From Ascidiella aspersa (taxonomy: Eukaryota): a stretch of DNA of 64,000 bases. The stretch covers positions 29,636,001 through 29,700,000 of the forward strand of contig OZ004607.1 of NCBI GenBank assembly GCA_963924565.1, written 5' to 3'. A program made the position numbers and the translations under genes. The first letter of the stretch is position 1. Each line of letters begins with the position of its first letter. This document shows, piece after piece, positions 43,801 through 64,000 of the stretch. The notes beneath the pieces are model-generated. The model was given only the letters and a program-made list of their open reading frames with translations. It had not been told where the DNA came from and made no database searches.

Positions 43801-46800
43801 TTCACTAAAACGGAATTAAGTTGGACACATGTGTATATTGGGCAGTTAGGGACCTGAACTGACCATAAATAATGATATTCGTCTACTAAAATAAAATATA
43901 CGATAATCTTTTCAGAAAGGTTTCTGATCTAAATATTTTGAATGAAGGTTACCCTTTTCGCCAAAAAGTTTGAAATTTGTCAACGTTAGTGTTTCATGAT
44001 AATTTAAATAAACGAGGCATCGTCCAGACTAGCGTGGTCCAACTTCTTTTCATCGCGGGCCAAAAACATTTTTTTATCTTGCGGGCCAATGTTTTTAAAT
44101 AGCGATTCTAGGCTTATTGCTGGCAAATTATACATAGCCTATTGCAGAAGTTCTTGACCTTTTTTCAGCCGCGCCCCACTTTGGTAATTCTCATAGGCCT
44201 TTCGCCCCCCTACGAAAAGCAATTCGGCATTTTCCACTAAATATTACTGAGACAACTTGAAAATAGTGAAGTTTGTTGTCGTTCGCGCGAAGCGCGAAAA
44301 AATTGAGTTTAATTAGTTGAATTGACGCTAAACTGTAAATTCAGGAGGGTTTTCGCATTGGGCACACAATGAATTGCTCGTGCTCGACACATTGATTTAA
44401 ACAGTACGTTATCTTGTTGCAAAAGATGTGACGACACACAATACAACGGCCATATTGCAAAAACATTATAGATTCGCGCAAAAAAGTTTGAGTCCCCCTG
44501 TTGCAAGCCTGTTGTCATATATTATAAAATATGGATTAAAAAAAGTTTGAACGGGAGATGACTTTTATCGTTTATCTATAAAATAGAAAAATTGTAATTA
44601 AATAGGGCCGTTATACATTCGATGATAAGAAAACATGCAATGGCACTCAATGAGACTTTGGGATTAAATATAGTCAGGAAAAGTAGAAAAACAAGACTCG
44701 CGCGAAGCTTGAAAATTTTTTGCAGATTCAATGTTAAACATCGCAAAAACAGAGTTTGTAGCCTACAGCGCTGTAGGAGTGGTGTAAAACCCAAACGAAA
44801 CCATTAAAATCCTGCAAAAAAATTAAATATTACTTGGTGCTCGCGCCTCCCTAAGAATTGCTTTGCGCCTCCCTAGGGGGGCGCCCCCACCAGGTTAAGA
44901 ATCGCTGGCATATGGCTTATATACTAACTTTGAAATCTACACCTTTGAGCTACGGTAGTTATGAAATCGCAAAGGATCATTTACGAAATTTTTGTCCATT
45001 GCAATAACAAAGAAACAAAAATTGAAGTGATATTGCTAGATTGTAGCAAAGCTGACGACCAGTTCGCGGGCCAAAAAGCGGAACTCGCGGGCCATCTTTG
45101 GCCCGCGGGCCTGCAGTTGGACCACGCTGGTCCAGACTATATTAACGCGGTTCCGGACTATACTAACGCGGTTCCGGACTATACTAACGCGGTTCATGTT
45201 GCAAAACCTAAAGGGGAAATCTAAACCTATGTAAGAATTTCGATACATTTGCCGTCAGCTAAAACCTTCAAGTCGATTTTAGACAATTGAAAACTGGTTA
45301 TCATATCAATTGATACCATTTTAGTGGGCACTTAAGCTATCGTCAGACTAACTAACAGGTTAAAAACACACACCCAAGCCTCAAACAAAGTAAGTACTAA
45401 TAATCAAATTGCGTTTTCCATCAGCAATCGCGTCTGCGGTTCGCCAGAGCTTGCACGACAGTCTTGTCCAGATTCTGACGCCGAAGCGTCGCGTCGACAT
45501 CCTTCGTGACGTTCTTGAGGCGCAACGTGCAGCCAAGCCCTACGTCATTACGTTCTGCGGCGTCAACGGCGTCGGCAAGTCGACCAACCTGGCCAAGGTA
45601 CGTGACCGCCCTTTGTTTGTCTTTGGTATCATGATTGATCATTTGATCTGTTAGTGACACAAAAAAGCATTTAATGTCAAAAGATTTGTGCATAGGTTGC
45701 CGAAACGCTTGTTAAGGATTAGAATTTCCGGAGGAGTTACTTTAGATTATTATTATTATTACTATGCATGGTAGAAACAGTTTGTATAAATGTAGATTAA
45801 GTTGCTCACAGTTTTAAACCTACTGTCAAAAGTTTCAGAATAAAAATATGTTTTCGCTCAAACCGTTTTTTGCCTTCGCAGGTTAATTTTTGTACTAACA
45901 GCTTGCGAAACTGCCTATTGCTGATATAGGCGATTTGAGCCCTATAGTTCTGTTTTATTTAATTCGACCAATGAAAATACAATGCATAAAATTCTCATTG
46001 AAATTTGATTGATATAGGCTATAGCCATACTGCGTCTAATTTTTATTAATCCAACGGCAACCATGACATACTATCACGCGCAACGCCACTTAATTATGAA
46101 ATATTTTAATTTATATGTAAATTATTCCCCTATTAATCCAAATTAGTTATAAACTAAACTGGATTAAATTTTTAAATAGTTTCACTTGCTGATAGTTATT
46201 TATATTAATCTTTGTAAATGGCCATATTTGTCTAATGCTAGATAGGTGAATCAGGTGGAACTATATCAACGACAAATTGTATTAAATTCTCGACAAGCTT
46301 TCACGCAACCGTGCTTCATCAGATCAAAATATAAATGAAAACTGCTAAAATGCACGTAAAACCACAAGCACGAGTCAAACGCCACAAGAATGGTGACGTA
46401 TAGCTTATCCACAGGCACATGCCCATGCCCGAAAAGGCGCGTGCGACTGACGCAAAAACAATTATAACAGGAGGTCAGGCGTGCTATGAGGCGTAATGTG
46501 ACATAAAGCCGAAATCTCGATTGAACCCAACATTGATGGCATCGAACTTTTTGATTATGCTTTGCGAAGCATATTAGTGTTTTTGCGTCAGTCGCTTTGA
46601 CCTGATGAATGCGAAAGCTTGTTGAGAATTCAATACAATTTGTCTTTACATAGTGCCACCTGATCCCTTATATTCCTTTCTTATTCTGAACTACATCTGT
46701 ATGTATTTATATTTAAAAATAAACACCGACTATAAACACCGACCGTTTAGAACGGAAATTGCTTGACGAATGCCGTTTTTGGCAAGTAATGCATTTGCCG

Positions 46801-49800
46801 CTAGAAATACTAACCTACGGTGAGATTCAAAATTACGACCTTGACCGTAAAACGGGAATTTTCGGAAAAAATAAATAAATACATTTTGTTTAGGTATCAT
46901 AAACTCGGAACGTACGATTCTATAATACTAATAATACTGATAGAAAGTTGGACTTTAAACATCCCTACTAGCGAAGGCAACCCAGTGTCTAAATGTACGC
47001 AGCTGTTATCGTTAGTGAAACTTTCAAAAAGGTTGATCCAAGTTCAAGTTTATATCTTTACAACTGCAGATCTGCTTCTGGCTAATGGAGAACGGCTTTC
47101 GCGTGCTCATCGCCGCCTGCGACACTTTTCGTGCCGGCGCAGTGGAGCAACTGCGCACCCACGTGGCCAGGCTGAACGCCCTGCACCCCCCAACCGCCGG
47201 GGGAACCTCTCAGATTCAACTCTACGAGAAGGGATACGGAAGGGACGCGGCCGGCATCGCAAGCCAGGCCATTAACGCCGGTAGGTTGGCCTTTTTGCAT
47301 GTTGGTGTTTTTTTGTTTTTCTTGGATGTTGTTTTATCATCATGGGAAACTCGTTTCGATTCTGGGCCATGAGTTAGCAAATAAAATTGCATTGTTTTTA
47401 CATAAATTGTGTCTATTGGTAAGCGATGGGGTTCTGTCCGTTTTCCACATTTTACCCTGAAGAAATTATTTTGTATATAAACATTTGCTCGTCAATGATT
47501 AAGTGGTGTCAATCGAGATGTTTTGTTCAATAACATACGATCTTTGATGCCTAGCATTATATAGCGCTTCACTGGCCCCACTGCCTTTCATCCTCGTATT
47601 TTTTCCTAAACTTTCTGAAGGAGAACAAAATGTCGAGTTTGAAAGAGACATGCAGACGTTAAACCTATTTGATTTTTCGGAAAATAATATTTCAAGATAT
47701 ATACAATACATGTTGAACCTATACAAATTCATGCTTTGTTTATATTCTTTGTTCTTTTTGATGAACTATTTATTGTCGTCCTTCAGCACGCGAGCAGCGT
47801 TACGACGTGGTTCTGGTTGATACTGCTGGTAGAATGCAGGATAACGAGCCGCTCATGCGATCGCTGGCCAAACTGATCAGCGTCAACAGCCCGGATCTGG
47901 TTCTTTTTGTTGGTAAGTCCATGGGTTTCCTATTCTGTTTTTTTTTTTCAAAATCCTTTCGGTGACAATCTGTATTCAAGAAAACAAATTTCACAAAAAT
48001 TTGATTAAAAATGTAGAAAATATCAATTTTTTGATTTTGTAGAACTTGCAACCACATTGTGCACACTTTTTTAAACTAGTTCGAATTTCCAGGTTATTAA
48101 TTTTATTTTAAAGGCTGCTTTTTCAACTTGAGCTTTGTCAAAGCCGCACCGTGTTACGGATGTAGATCAAATATCGCTTAAATAATAAAATTGATGAAAC
48201 ACATTATTTACACGACAGGTTGATTTTTTATCTTGCAATATTTACATAACTTAAGTGCCTTTCTATGTTTATGAACTTCTATCATATTGGGTGATCACGC
48301 CTTCAAAATGATTATATTTATGACTTTTCACACAAACATTGGCTTTTTACAACAAATATCTATAAGACACGCGTATCACTAATTTTATGTCAACATAATA
48401 TCAATGTGAACGGTGTAGTTTCTTCGATCCATTTTTAGACAATTTTTGCTTGGGTGTCATAGAGGCTTTATAGAATCAGTGGTTATGAAACTTTTGTGAT
48501 CGCGTACTACTAAATTACTTCTACTGTTGTTCATTACGCCTGCTTTATTAGGAACCGTTCATCTTATTCACATTATGTTAAGTAAATCCGCCGAGTAAGT
48601 TAGTTAATAAAAAAAATCCTAAGCGCACGCAGCATAAACGTTACAGAGTATAATTATTAAGTTTTGCCAAAAAAACTTCTTAACAGCTGCATTAATGCGA
48701 TTGCATAATGTTATACAAACTACTCATTGAACGATGCAGCTAAATATTGAAACTGAATATATTGAACTGTAATACGCAGGCGAGGCACTTGTGGGCAACG
48801 AGGCGGTGGACCAACTGGTAAAGTTCAATCAGGCGCTGGCCGACTACTCAAGGGAACAGAACCCGAGGTCGATCGACGGAATCGTTCTCACAAAGTTCGA
48901 CACCATTGACGACAAGGTGAGTGTCGATTAAGTCTCCTCTGCTTAATTCTAAGCCGTGGTCTGTTTTTACTTTTGCGCTGTTCACTTGGCAAATTAGCCT
49001 GTTATAAAATTGTATTTTTGATCTTTCGGTGTTTCTTCACCTTTTTTCGTGGCAAAACTAATAATAAACGGAAGTATCACAGTGAAGCTTAGGTGACCAA
49101 TTCTCTTCACTTCACTTTTTGTGTGCGAAACGTTAGACTTTAGCATAAACTTATAAATACGCTGGAATTAAATTACTCTGTGCCATGTCTTTGTATTTAC
49201 TACGCAAATGGTTCAGTCTCGAAAAAATTGCTCCTAATCAACCCTATAAAATAAGCCGATAAAACTATTGCAGTCGGCGACCCAACCACACCAAATGGCG
49301 CCACAATTTTTTTTAGTTTGAGAAACACTGCATTAGAATGACGGAAATTAAGAAATTATTGTTCTTTGTTGCTTATAAAGATATACGGTGAGATTATTCG
49401 AACCTATATAACTATCTCAGTGTGCATTTCGCACGATAGACTAATAAGTCGCAATAAAAAGTTTTGGTTTTGTTAAGGGGCGCATAGCTAAGGTTATCCG
49501 TCCGAACTTACCAGAGAATCCTCTAGTGCAGGGGTTCTTAACCAGGGGTACGTGTACCCCTTGGGGGTACGAAGCACCAAAGCAGGGGGTACGAGATGCA
49601 GTGTGAAATTATGCGCTATTGTTTGTAAAGAATGCATAAAACAAGTTACTTTTTATTTATATGTCTACGACGAGTTGGTTTTGTACTATGATGTCATAGT
49701 GCTACCTACAGATGGTTTGAACTAACAAACGTCAGTTGCTGTAAAGTGTAAACAGTTATTAGTGTTTGTGCGGTATATGAAAGAGAAAGAAGTAGTGGAA

Positions 49801-51676
49801 GAATTCCATTTTTGCACTGTTTTAAATTCCAGTTTAGTTCCCATTTAAGAGTTGTTATTGAGGCATAATAATTGTCCTAAAACTTAAAAAAAAGCAGTTA
49901 TGTCTAAAAAGCGTAAGTGAAATGAAGCCTATGTGAAATATGGGTTCACTTGCTTGACGGAAAAAGATGGAACTGAGAGGCCGCAGTGCATTTTATGCAG
50001 CAAAGTATTCGCAAATGCAAATCTCAAACCTTCAAGGCTTACTGAGCATTTCGATAATCGACATGGGGGTGAAAAGTCAGGAAATAATTTAAGTACTTTG
50101 AAGATCATAAGGGCACGTTTTCATCAGAGTGGTACCTTAGTAAAGCATGGATTTTTACCGATTGAAAAGCCATTGTTGCTAGCATCTTATCAAGTTGCAT
50201 TTTTGTGTGCCAAAAATAATAAGCCACACACAGAAGCAGAAGAGTTAGTGAAACCATGCGCAATGAAAATGGCAAAAACAGTACTGGGGACTGAGGCAGA
50301 AAAAAAACTAAGTTTAGTGCCATTGTCAAATGACATCATTAGTTCCAGGATTCGTGATATAAGCGAAGATATTTTGCAACAGGTGATTGCTGACAACAAA
50401 TCCAGTCCTATCAAAGTGAGTCTACAGTTCGATGAGTCAACAGACGTCAGTTGTTGTAGTCAGTTATTAGTTTTTGTGCGGTATGTGAAAGAGAAAGAAG
50501 TTCTGAAAGAATTTTTATTTTGTGAACCATTGACAATAACCACAAAGTCAATTGACGTATTCAATATCGTCAAGGAGTTCTTTTTGAAAAATAAAATGAC
50601 TTTTGACATGTGCGGTTCACTTTGCACCGATGGCGCACCTGTCATGCTTGAAAATAAATCAAGCTTCGCTGCCCTCGTGAAAAATGAGGTATCTTACATC
50701 ACAGTCACACACTGTATGCTACATCGTCATGCAATTGCAGCCAAGTCATTACCAGAACAACTTAAAAATGTATTATCAATTTCTATGAGTACAGTCAAAT
50801 ACATCAGAGGAAATGCCTCCAATCATCGTCTGTTTAAAGTTTTTTGTAACGAGCTTGGGGCTAAGCACAACGACCGTACTTCTATACCACACCGAGGTGA
50901 GGTGGCTTTCCCGTGGCAGAGTGCTTACTCGTGTGTTTGAACTCCACAAAGAAATTTGATTTATTTTCAACCTATGTTTTATGGGTGATAATGACCAAAT
51001 GAAAGATGACCTCATTGAAATGAAAGCAAGCAGTAAAATCAAAATGGAGTTTGATTTAATGCAGTTAGATGCCTTCTGGTGTGCACAACTTGACTCATTT
51101 CCCCAGTTAGCAAAAAAAGCTTTAGAAATCCTTGTGCCTTTTGCGACAACCTACCTATGTGAAACGGGGATCTCAACTCTTGTAAACATCAAAACTAACC
51201 CGAGAAACCGATTGGATCCAAGAGATGATATGCGTGTGTCTATCTCAAATAAAGAACCTCGATTAAATATGATAATTTACGGAAAGCAACAGCAAAAAAG
51301 CCATTAGTAAATTGACTGATTGTTTGTGTGTTGTAAATATTGTTGAACTTACAAGACTGTACACTTGGTTTAATTTTTATTATTTTATTTACTTTCGACG
51401 TCCATTGTAGACAGGGGGTACGAGAAAATTTCATAAACGCGCAAGGGGTACGAGCGCTAAAAAAGTTAAGAACCACTGTCTAGTGTAATAGTCCAGTGCA
51501 GTTATAATTAATATGTTCGCAGTAACTTCCTAACGCAATTTCTTACTTAGGTCGGAGCCGCCATTTCGATGACGTACACCACTGGTCAGCCGATTGTGTT
51601 CGTGGGCACTGGTCAGTCCTACCCTGACCTACGCAGCCTCAACGCTAAGGCCGTTGTCCAGTCTCTACTTAAGTGA
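39191..51676 (+). CDS. SRPRA: Signal recognition particle receptor subunit alpha (SRX/longin domain + NG GTPase domain), 14 exons
   Basis: Exon 1, 39191-39313, reads [17 protein letters not shown]...IRSVILQ. Further exons: ~39595-39678 ([12 protein letters not shown]), 39962-40122, 40588-40742, 41209-41341, 42239-42395 (ARVWDKGG), 42739-42833, 43278-43387, 43703-43789 (KNVAADIA), 45425-45597 ([23 protein letters not shown]), 47070-47280 ([26 protein letters not shown]), 47787-47912 ([13 protein letters not shown]), 48780-48916 ([22 protein letters not shown]), 51551-51676 (VGAAISMTY...GTGQSYPDL...LLK*). All introns are GT-AG. Confidence 0.96.
40815..40956 (+). repeat. Two (TA)n microsatellites, each followed by CTTGACAAGAAAAGAT
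   Basis: Seen directly in the sequence. Confidence 0.85.
41387..41757. mobile_element. hAT-type MITE with perfect TIRs and TSD (SRPRA intron 5)
   Basis: atatagag [CAGGGGTGGGCAAA ... TTTGCCCACCCCTG] atatagag. Confidence 0.92.
44030..45129. mobile_element. hAT-type MITE carrying a nested second MITE
   Basis: gtccagac [TAGCGTGGTCCAAC ... GTTGGACCACGCTG] gtccagac; GCGGGCC subterminal repeats. Confidence 0.88.
44145..44907. mobile_element. Nested hAT-type MITE
   Basis: gcctattg [CAGAAGTTCTTGACC ... GGTTAAGAATCGCTG] gcatatgg (6/8); CGCCCC/CGCCTCCC subterminal repeats. Confidence 0.75.
45131..45193 (+). repeat. 21-bp tandem repeat, three copies
   Basis: TCC(A/G)GACTATA(T/C)TAACGCGGT repeated three times, starting within the right TSD of the 44030-45129 MITE. 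Confidence 0.9.
46250..46664. repeat. Inverted-repeat element whose two arms each contain a CUGAUGA...GAAAGCUU hammerhead-like core
   Basis: Arms ATCAGGTGG..GACAAATTGTATTAAATTCTCGACAAGCTTTC..TTCATCAGATCAAA and TTTGACCTGATGAA..GAAAGCTTGTTGAGAATTCAATACAATTTGTC..CCACCTGAT. An inner inverted repeat reads GCGACTGACGCAAAAACA / TGTTTTTGCGTCAGTCGC. Confidence 0.75.
49529..51478 (+). mobile_element. Defective, internally deleted hAT transposon (Buster/Charlie, ZBED5/SCAND3-like) in the last SRPRA intron
   Basis: TIRs CAGGGGTTCTTAAC / GTTAAGAACCACTG. Flanks ctctagtg and tctagtg (TA-centred target duplication, 7 of 8 retained). Subterminal GGGGTACG repeats at both ends. Internal transposase homology. 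Confidence 0.93.
49900..51307 (+). pseudogene. Buster-type hAT transposase pseudogene
   Basis: MSKKRK* has a premature stop where W is expected, followed by NEAYVKYGF...PQCILC (BED finger), [16 protein letters not shown] and THCMLHRH. A frameshift precedes [10 protein letters not shown]. The sequence then jumps to the C-terminal dimerisation domain (FW...FPQLAKKAL...[11 protein letters not shown]), so the insertion domain is deleted. Confidence 0.9.
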
Positions 51677-51901
51677 GGCTGGCGAAGCACCAGACTTCAG
51701 TTGCATTTTATGGCAACGCTGTACAAATGTCAATATACACGAACTTACGATCCGACTACATTTTTGGTGAAAGAACGTCGTCTCAACGGTGATGGTGTCA
51801 GTCTTATCGCATTTTTTCTTCGATTTGTATTTGTGTCGTACATCTTTCCTTGCAAGAAAAACGCAGTACTTTCTAATTTGGCCTAATTGGGGATTTTAAT
51901 C

Positions 51902-52327
51902 CAGTGGTGGGATCCCATTTTTTGTTTCCTTGAAAGGTCTTAACGAAAACAAAAGTTCACTTTTCTGCGCTTCGGTTTAAGCGAGTATTATAATCGTTTC
52001 TTACAATATGAGAAGCGCTTAAAATACTAGACATGTGGTTGACAAGTATTAAAATTGCTTGGCATCAACTGTTATTTCTTGTAATGAATCCGAGAAATTT
52101 AAACCAGAAATAGAAAATATGTGTTATAAAAATTAAACGGAAATAGAAAAGTATCAAAACAAAAAATATTAATAAAAATAATATTTTTAGTTTTTTGAAC
52201 CTAATGTTTTGTTTGGTGGGCCATACTGTAGGGGCCACTTATAGGCATTGAGCCGAAATATAAACTACCCAAATGACCAAACTTGCAGCATTCCGAAAGC
52301 GTTCCAACATTTTCAGTCCCACCACTG
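51902..52327. mobile_element. hAT-like MITE downstream of the SRPRA stop
   Basis: Perfect 11-bp TIR CAGTGGTGGGA / TCCCACCACTG; TSD unclear. Confidence 0.65.
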
Positions 52328-53159
52328 ATTTCAATTTTTGTTTTGTTCAGTTTTCTAATTTGCCCTACAGTATATCAGTTAAAAATTGTTATTATTTCGT
52401 GTTTTGACCTGTCGTTGATTTTTAGACCTATCGCCGCCTTGACTTATTTTGTTGTTTAACTTTTAACCAACTTAACAATCCTACCCTTTTTCTGCAACTT
52501 ATATAAATTTTAAACCGGTGAGAATTAGCAAATAACAGTAGCTTTAATATTGCACCTCAAAAAGTAAAGAAAGTTAATTAGGTTCTTAGAAACTTTGGTT
52601 TGGGCTTTTATTATAAAATTGTCTCTTCAAAAGTTACGACAAATACTATAGCTCATCAAAGTGTCCCTTTTTGGAAACGTCCGCCTTAATTTTGCTTTTT
52701 GCGCACCTTGGAAATATGGAGTGTGTATGTTTGTATGTTTGTGTGTGTGGAATTAAGATTGAGACGAGTATTTTTTGATCTGTCGGATTTTTCGTGCAAT
52801 ACATATTGTATTTATAAGAAGTTATTGCGAGACGTTTTCTATACATTCACGCAGTCACGTGGTGTTGTGACATAGCGGTTTGTTCAATAAAAAACCTGTT
52901 GCAGTTTAGAGAGGTCTCTACAGAAGCTAAATATTGGCTAGTAAAATTTGAATCCGGTCAAAAATTAAGTTTATGGCTATATCCCCCATATTTTACACAT
53001 TAAGTTTAAGAAACTCCGATAGGGCAATTGTAGGAATTAGACTGGTAAAAATGAAAGATTTAACACTATTACGAAAACCTATTTAGGAGCATTGCGACTG
53101 AAAAGTTAATATTTTTATGAAAAAAAACAAACATTAAACTTGAAAGCTTTACTGAAACT

Positions 53160-54232
53160 CAGGGTAGTAATGACTCGGGTCACCTCGACAAATTATGTGG
53201 CACAAGTCTTGAACAATGACATCTTTAAACTTAAATTATTGAGTCAAATAACTTAAAAGTAAGTATTTACATGAGTTGGTTTGTTTTTTTCTATTTTTTA
53301 GTTGATTTGTTGCTCTTAATCCGACAAGTTTACCCATTTCACCAGTTTAACGTTTTATTTGTTGTTAATGATCCAGCTTAAATTTTCTTGTTCTAATAAT
53401 AAGTAAACTAGGACTTGACTTGTTACTGTTTTAAAATATTTGACTTGGACTTAAGTTACTTTACATTAACATATGACTTTAGTTTAATTGGACTTTAGGC
53501 ATTGTAAATGACAGGTTTAAAACTCTGCTAAAAGGATTTGCCAAGTTTCAATATTATTAGCATGAAAACAATCACGTTCAATTGGTAGCGGCAGCATCCT
53601 CACTTGTTTGCCAACTCACATAAACCGCCAGACTCCAGGTCAAGTGGCAAATTTCGCAAACATGTAATGCGCAAAAAAGGTGGCCGAGTTGGAGCTGTCA
53701 ATAATTTGCAAGCGCACGACCAAAAGGCGTGCTTTCGACGGCGAAAAGCAGTTTGCAATATAGTTGTGACACAGCAGGGCAGTTCTGTATTTTGCTCACC
53801 AGTAGTCAGTATTGTAAACAAGTCATCTTAAAATGTACAAGTCTAGTCTTTTACAAAAATAAGAAGTTACGTCGCAGTCCAAGTCATCAGTTGCCCAAGT
53901 CAAGTCCCAGTCGAGTCATTATGAGAGCAAATCAATTCCAAGTCATATCATTGACATAAAAGTAAACTGTTAAACTATTGAAATTGGTAAACTCGTCCGA
54001 TTTTAAGCAACATTTTAACGAAAACATATCACAAACGGGATATACAGCACTAAAAGTGTTTAATGTGGAAAACTTGAGATAAATTTTAATGAAAAACACC
54101 TAATTTAACCCCAAGTTATTTGACAAAATGAAAGTCCAAGTCAAGTCATTTATCCCAAAGACTTAAGTCAAGTCAAGTAATTTTGGTTAAAAGACTTATG
54201 TCAAGTCAATGACTTGTGTCATTACAACTATG
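53160..54232. mobile_element. ~1.07-kb non-autonomous TIR element with GACTT/AAGTC subterminal arrays
   Basis: Imperfect TIR CAGGGTAGTAATGACTCGGGTCA / TGACTTGTGTCATTACAACTATG. GACTT repeats occur in the left half and AAGTC repeats in the right half. Confidence 0.65.
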
Positions 54233-54410
54233 CCAGTAGCTGTATTAGCCTACATCTGTTTATCGTTTCTTTAGCTTTTCTGTAAGCCAACAACATTGAA
54301 AATGGAAACCACTGTCTTACATTGACACAAAACATGCTGTTTATCTCTGCGGAGAGGTAGTTTTAGGTCAGTTGCTGCAGTTTGCTGTACAGTTTTGTTC
54401 AAACTGGAAA

Positions 54411-63371
<8,961 letters not shown>

Positions 63372-64000
63372 GTAAGTGTGTAACCGAATTAACGTGTTGA
63401 GTTTGAGTTAGAGAAGGCACTAGGCAGTTCCTTTTTTGACTTTTCACGAGATAAAGTAGCGTTCAGTAATTTCAAACTTTAAAACGGCTCTCGTACAAAG
63501 TTACCCATTTTCAGCAAAATTTAACTATATATTTTTTTTTTAATTTCTGAGTTTGCGAGAAAGCCAGCGAATAGGGATGCATAAGAATGTACGTATACCA
63601 CCATCAGTAATTCAACTAAACAAAACTAATTATGTCTTTTTAACAATAATTTGTTTTTTAATGAAAGAATCTGCTTGATTCCGAATGGTGAAAAACAAAC
63701 GATTCTGGTTGCACGTCAGTGATAAAGATTAAACGATTATACTGTAAACTTACAAAACTTAAACCGAAAATCAATTTGATTCGGCGCGTTTGTTCGATTT
63801 ACTCAGTTTTGCTCTTAGTTTAATCTGTGTCTTCTTAACCTTAGTATTTAGCCTGGATTTTCTTTTGTGTTAAGCAACTGGGAAAACTTGAAAAACAATA
63901 TTTTATGACAAACACAGTATGGTTACTGGATGGCTTTTAGGGGAAATAGTATAAACTAAATTTAATACAGAATGCCGTAACTAACACTAATGTAATATAG

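Noticed and set aside
45131-45193. CRISPR-like short direct repeats
   Set aside because: No spacers, no cas genes, and a eukaryotic intron context; this is a simple tandem duplication.
49933-50940. Domesticated ZBED/SCAND-type gene nested in SRPRA
   Set aside because: Premature stop after MSKKRK, a frameshift, an internal deletion and retained TIRs indicate a decayed transposon.

Overview
AT-rich, intron-rich animal genomic DNA. A tunicate/ascidian-like invertebrate is plausible but not provable from this window. It holds three paralogous ABCC5/11/12-type (short MRP, no TMD0) ABC transporter genes: copy A (- strand, only its first two coding exons lie in the window, 1105-2581), copy B (- strand, complete, about 30 exons, 6997-36326) and copy C (+ strand, from 54411, running off the right edge). 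Between B and C is a complete 14-exon SRP receptor alpha gene (SRPRA, + strand, 39191-51676), whose last intron carries a decayed Buster-type hAT transposon. Introns and intergenic DNA are full of hAT-type MITEs, one nested in another, plus a ~525-bp tandem repeat and several inverted repeats. The most notable observations are: (1) near-identity between the inverted paralogs B and C confined to two NBD1 exons, suggesting exon-limited gene conversion; (2) three, possibly four, GC-AG introns in copy B; (3) a 13-nt microexon coupled to a GT/GC alternative donor pair; (4) several minimal type-I hammerhead-ribozyme-like motifs (Penelope/retrozyme style), some in the sense strand of introns. I found no evidence for a wholly new multi-gene system. 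Exon coordinates were derived by hand and may be off by a few bases.
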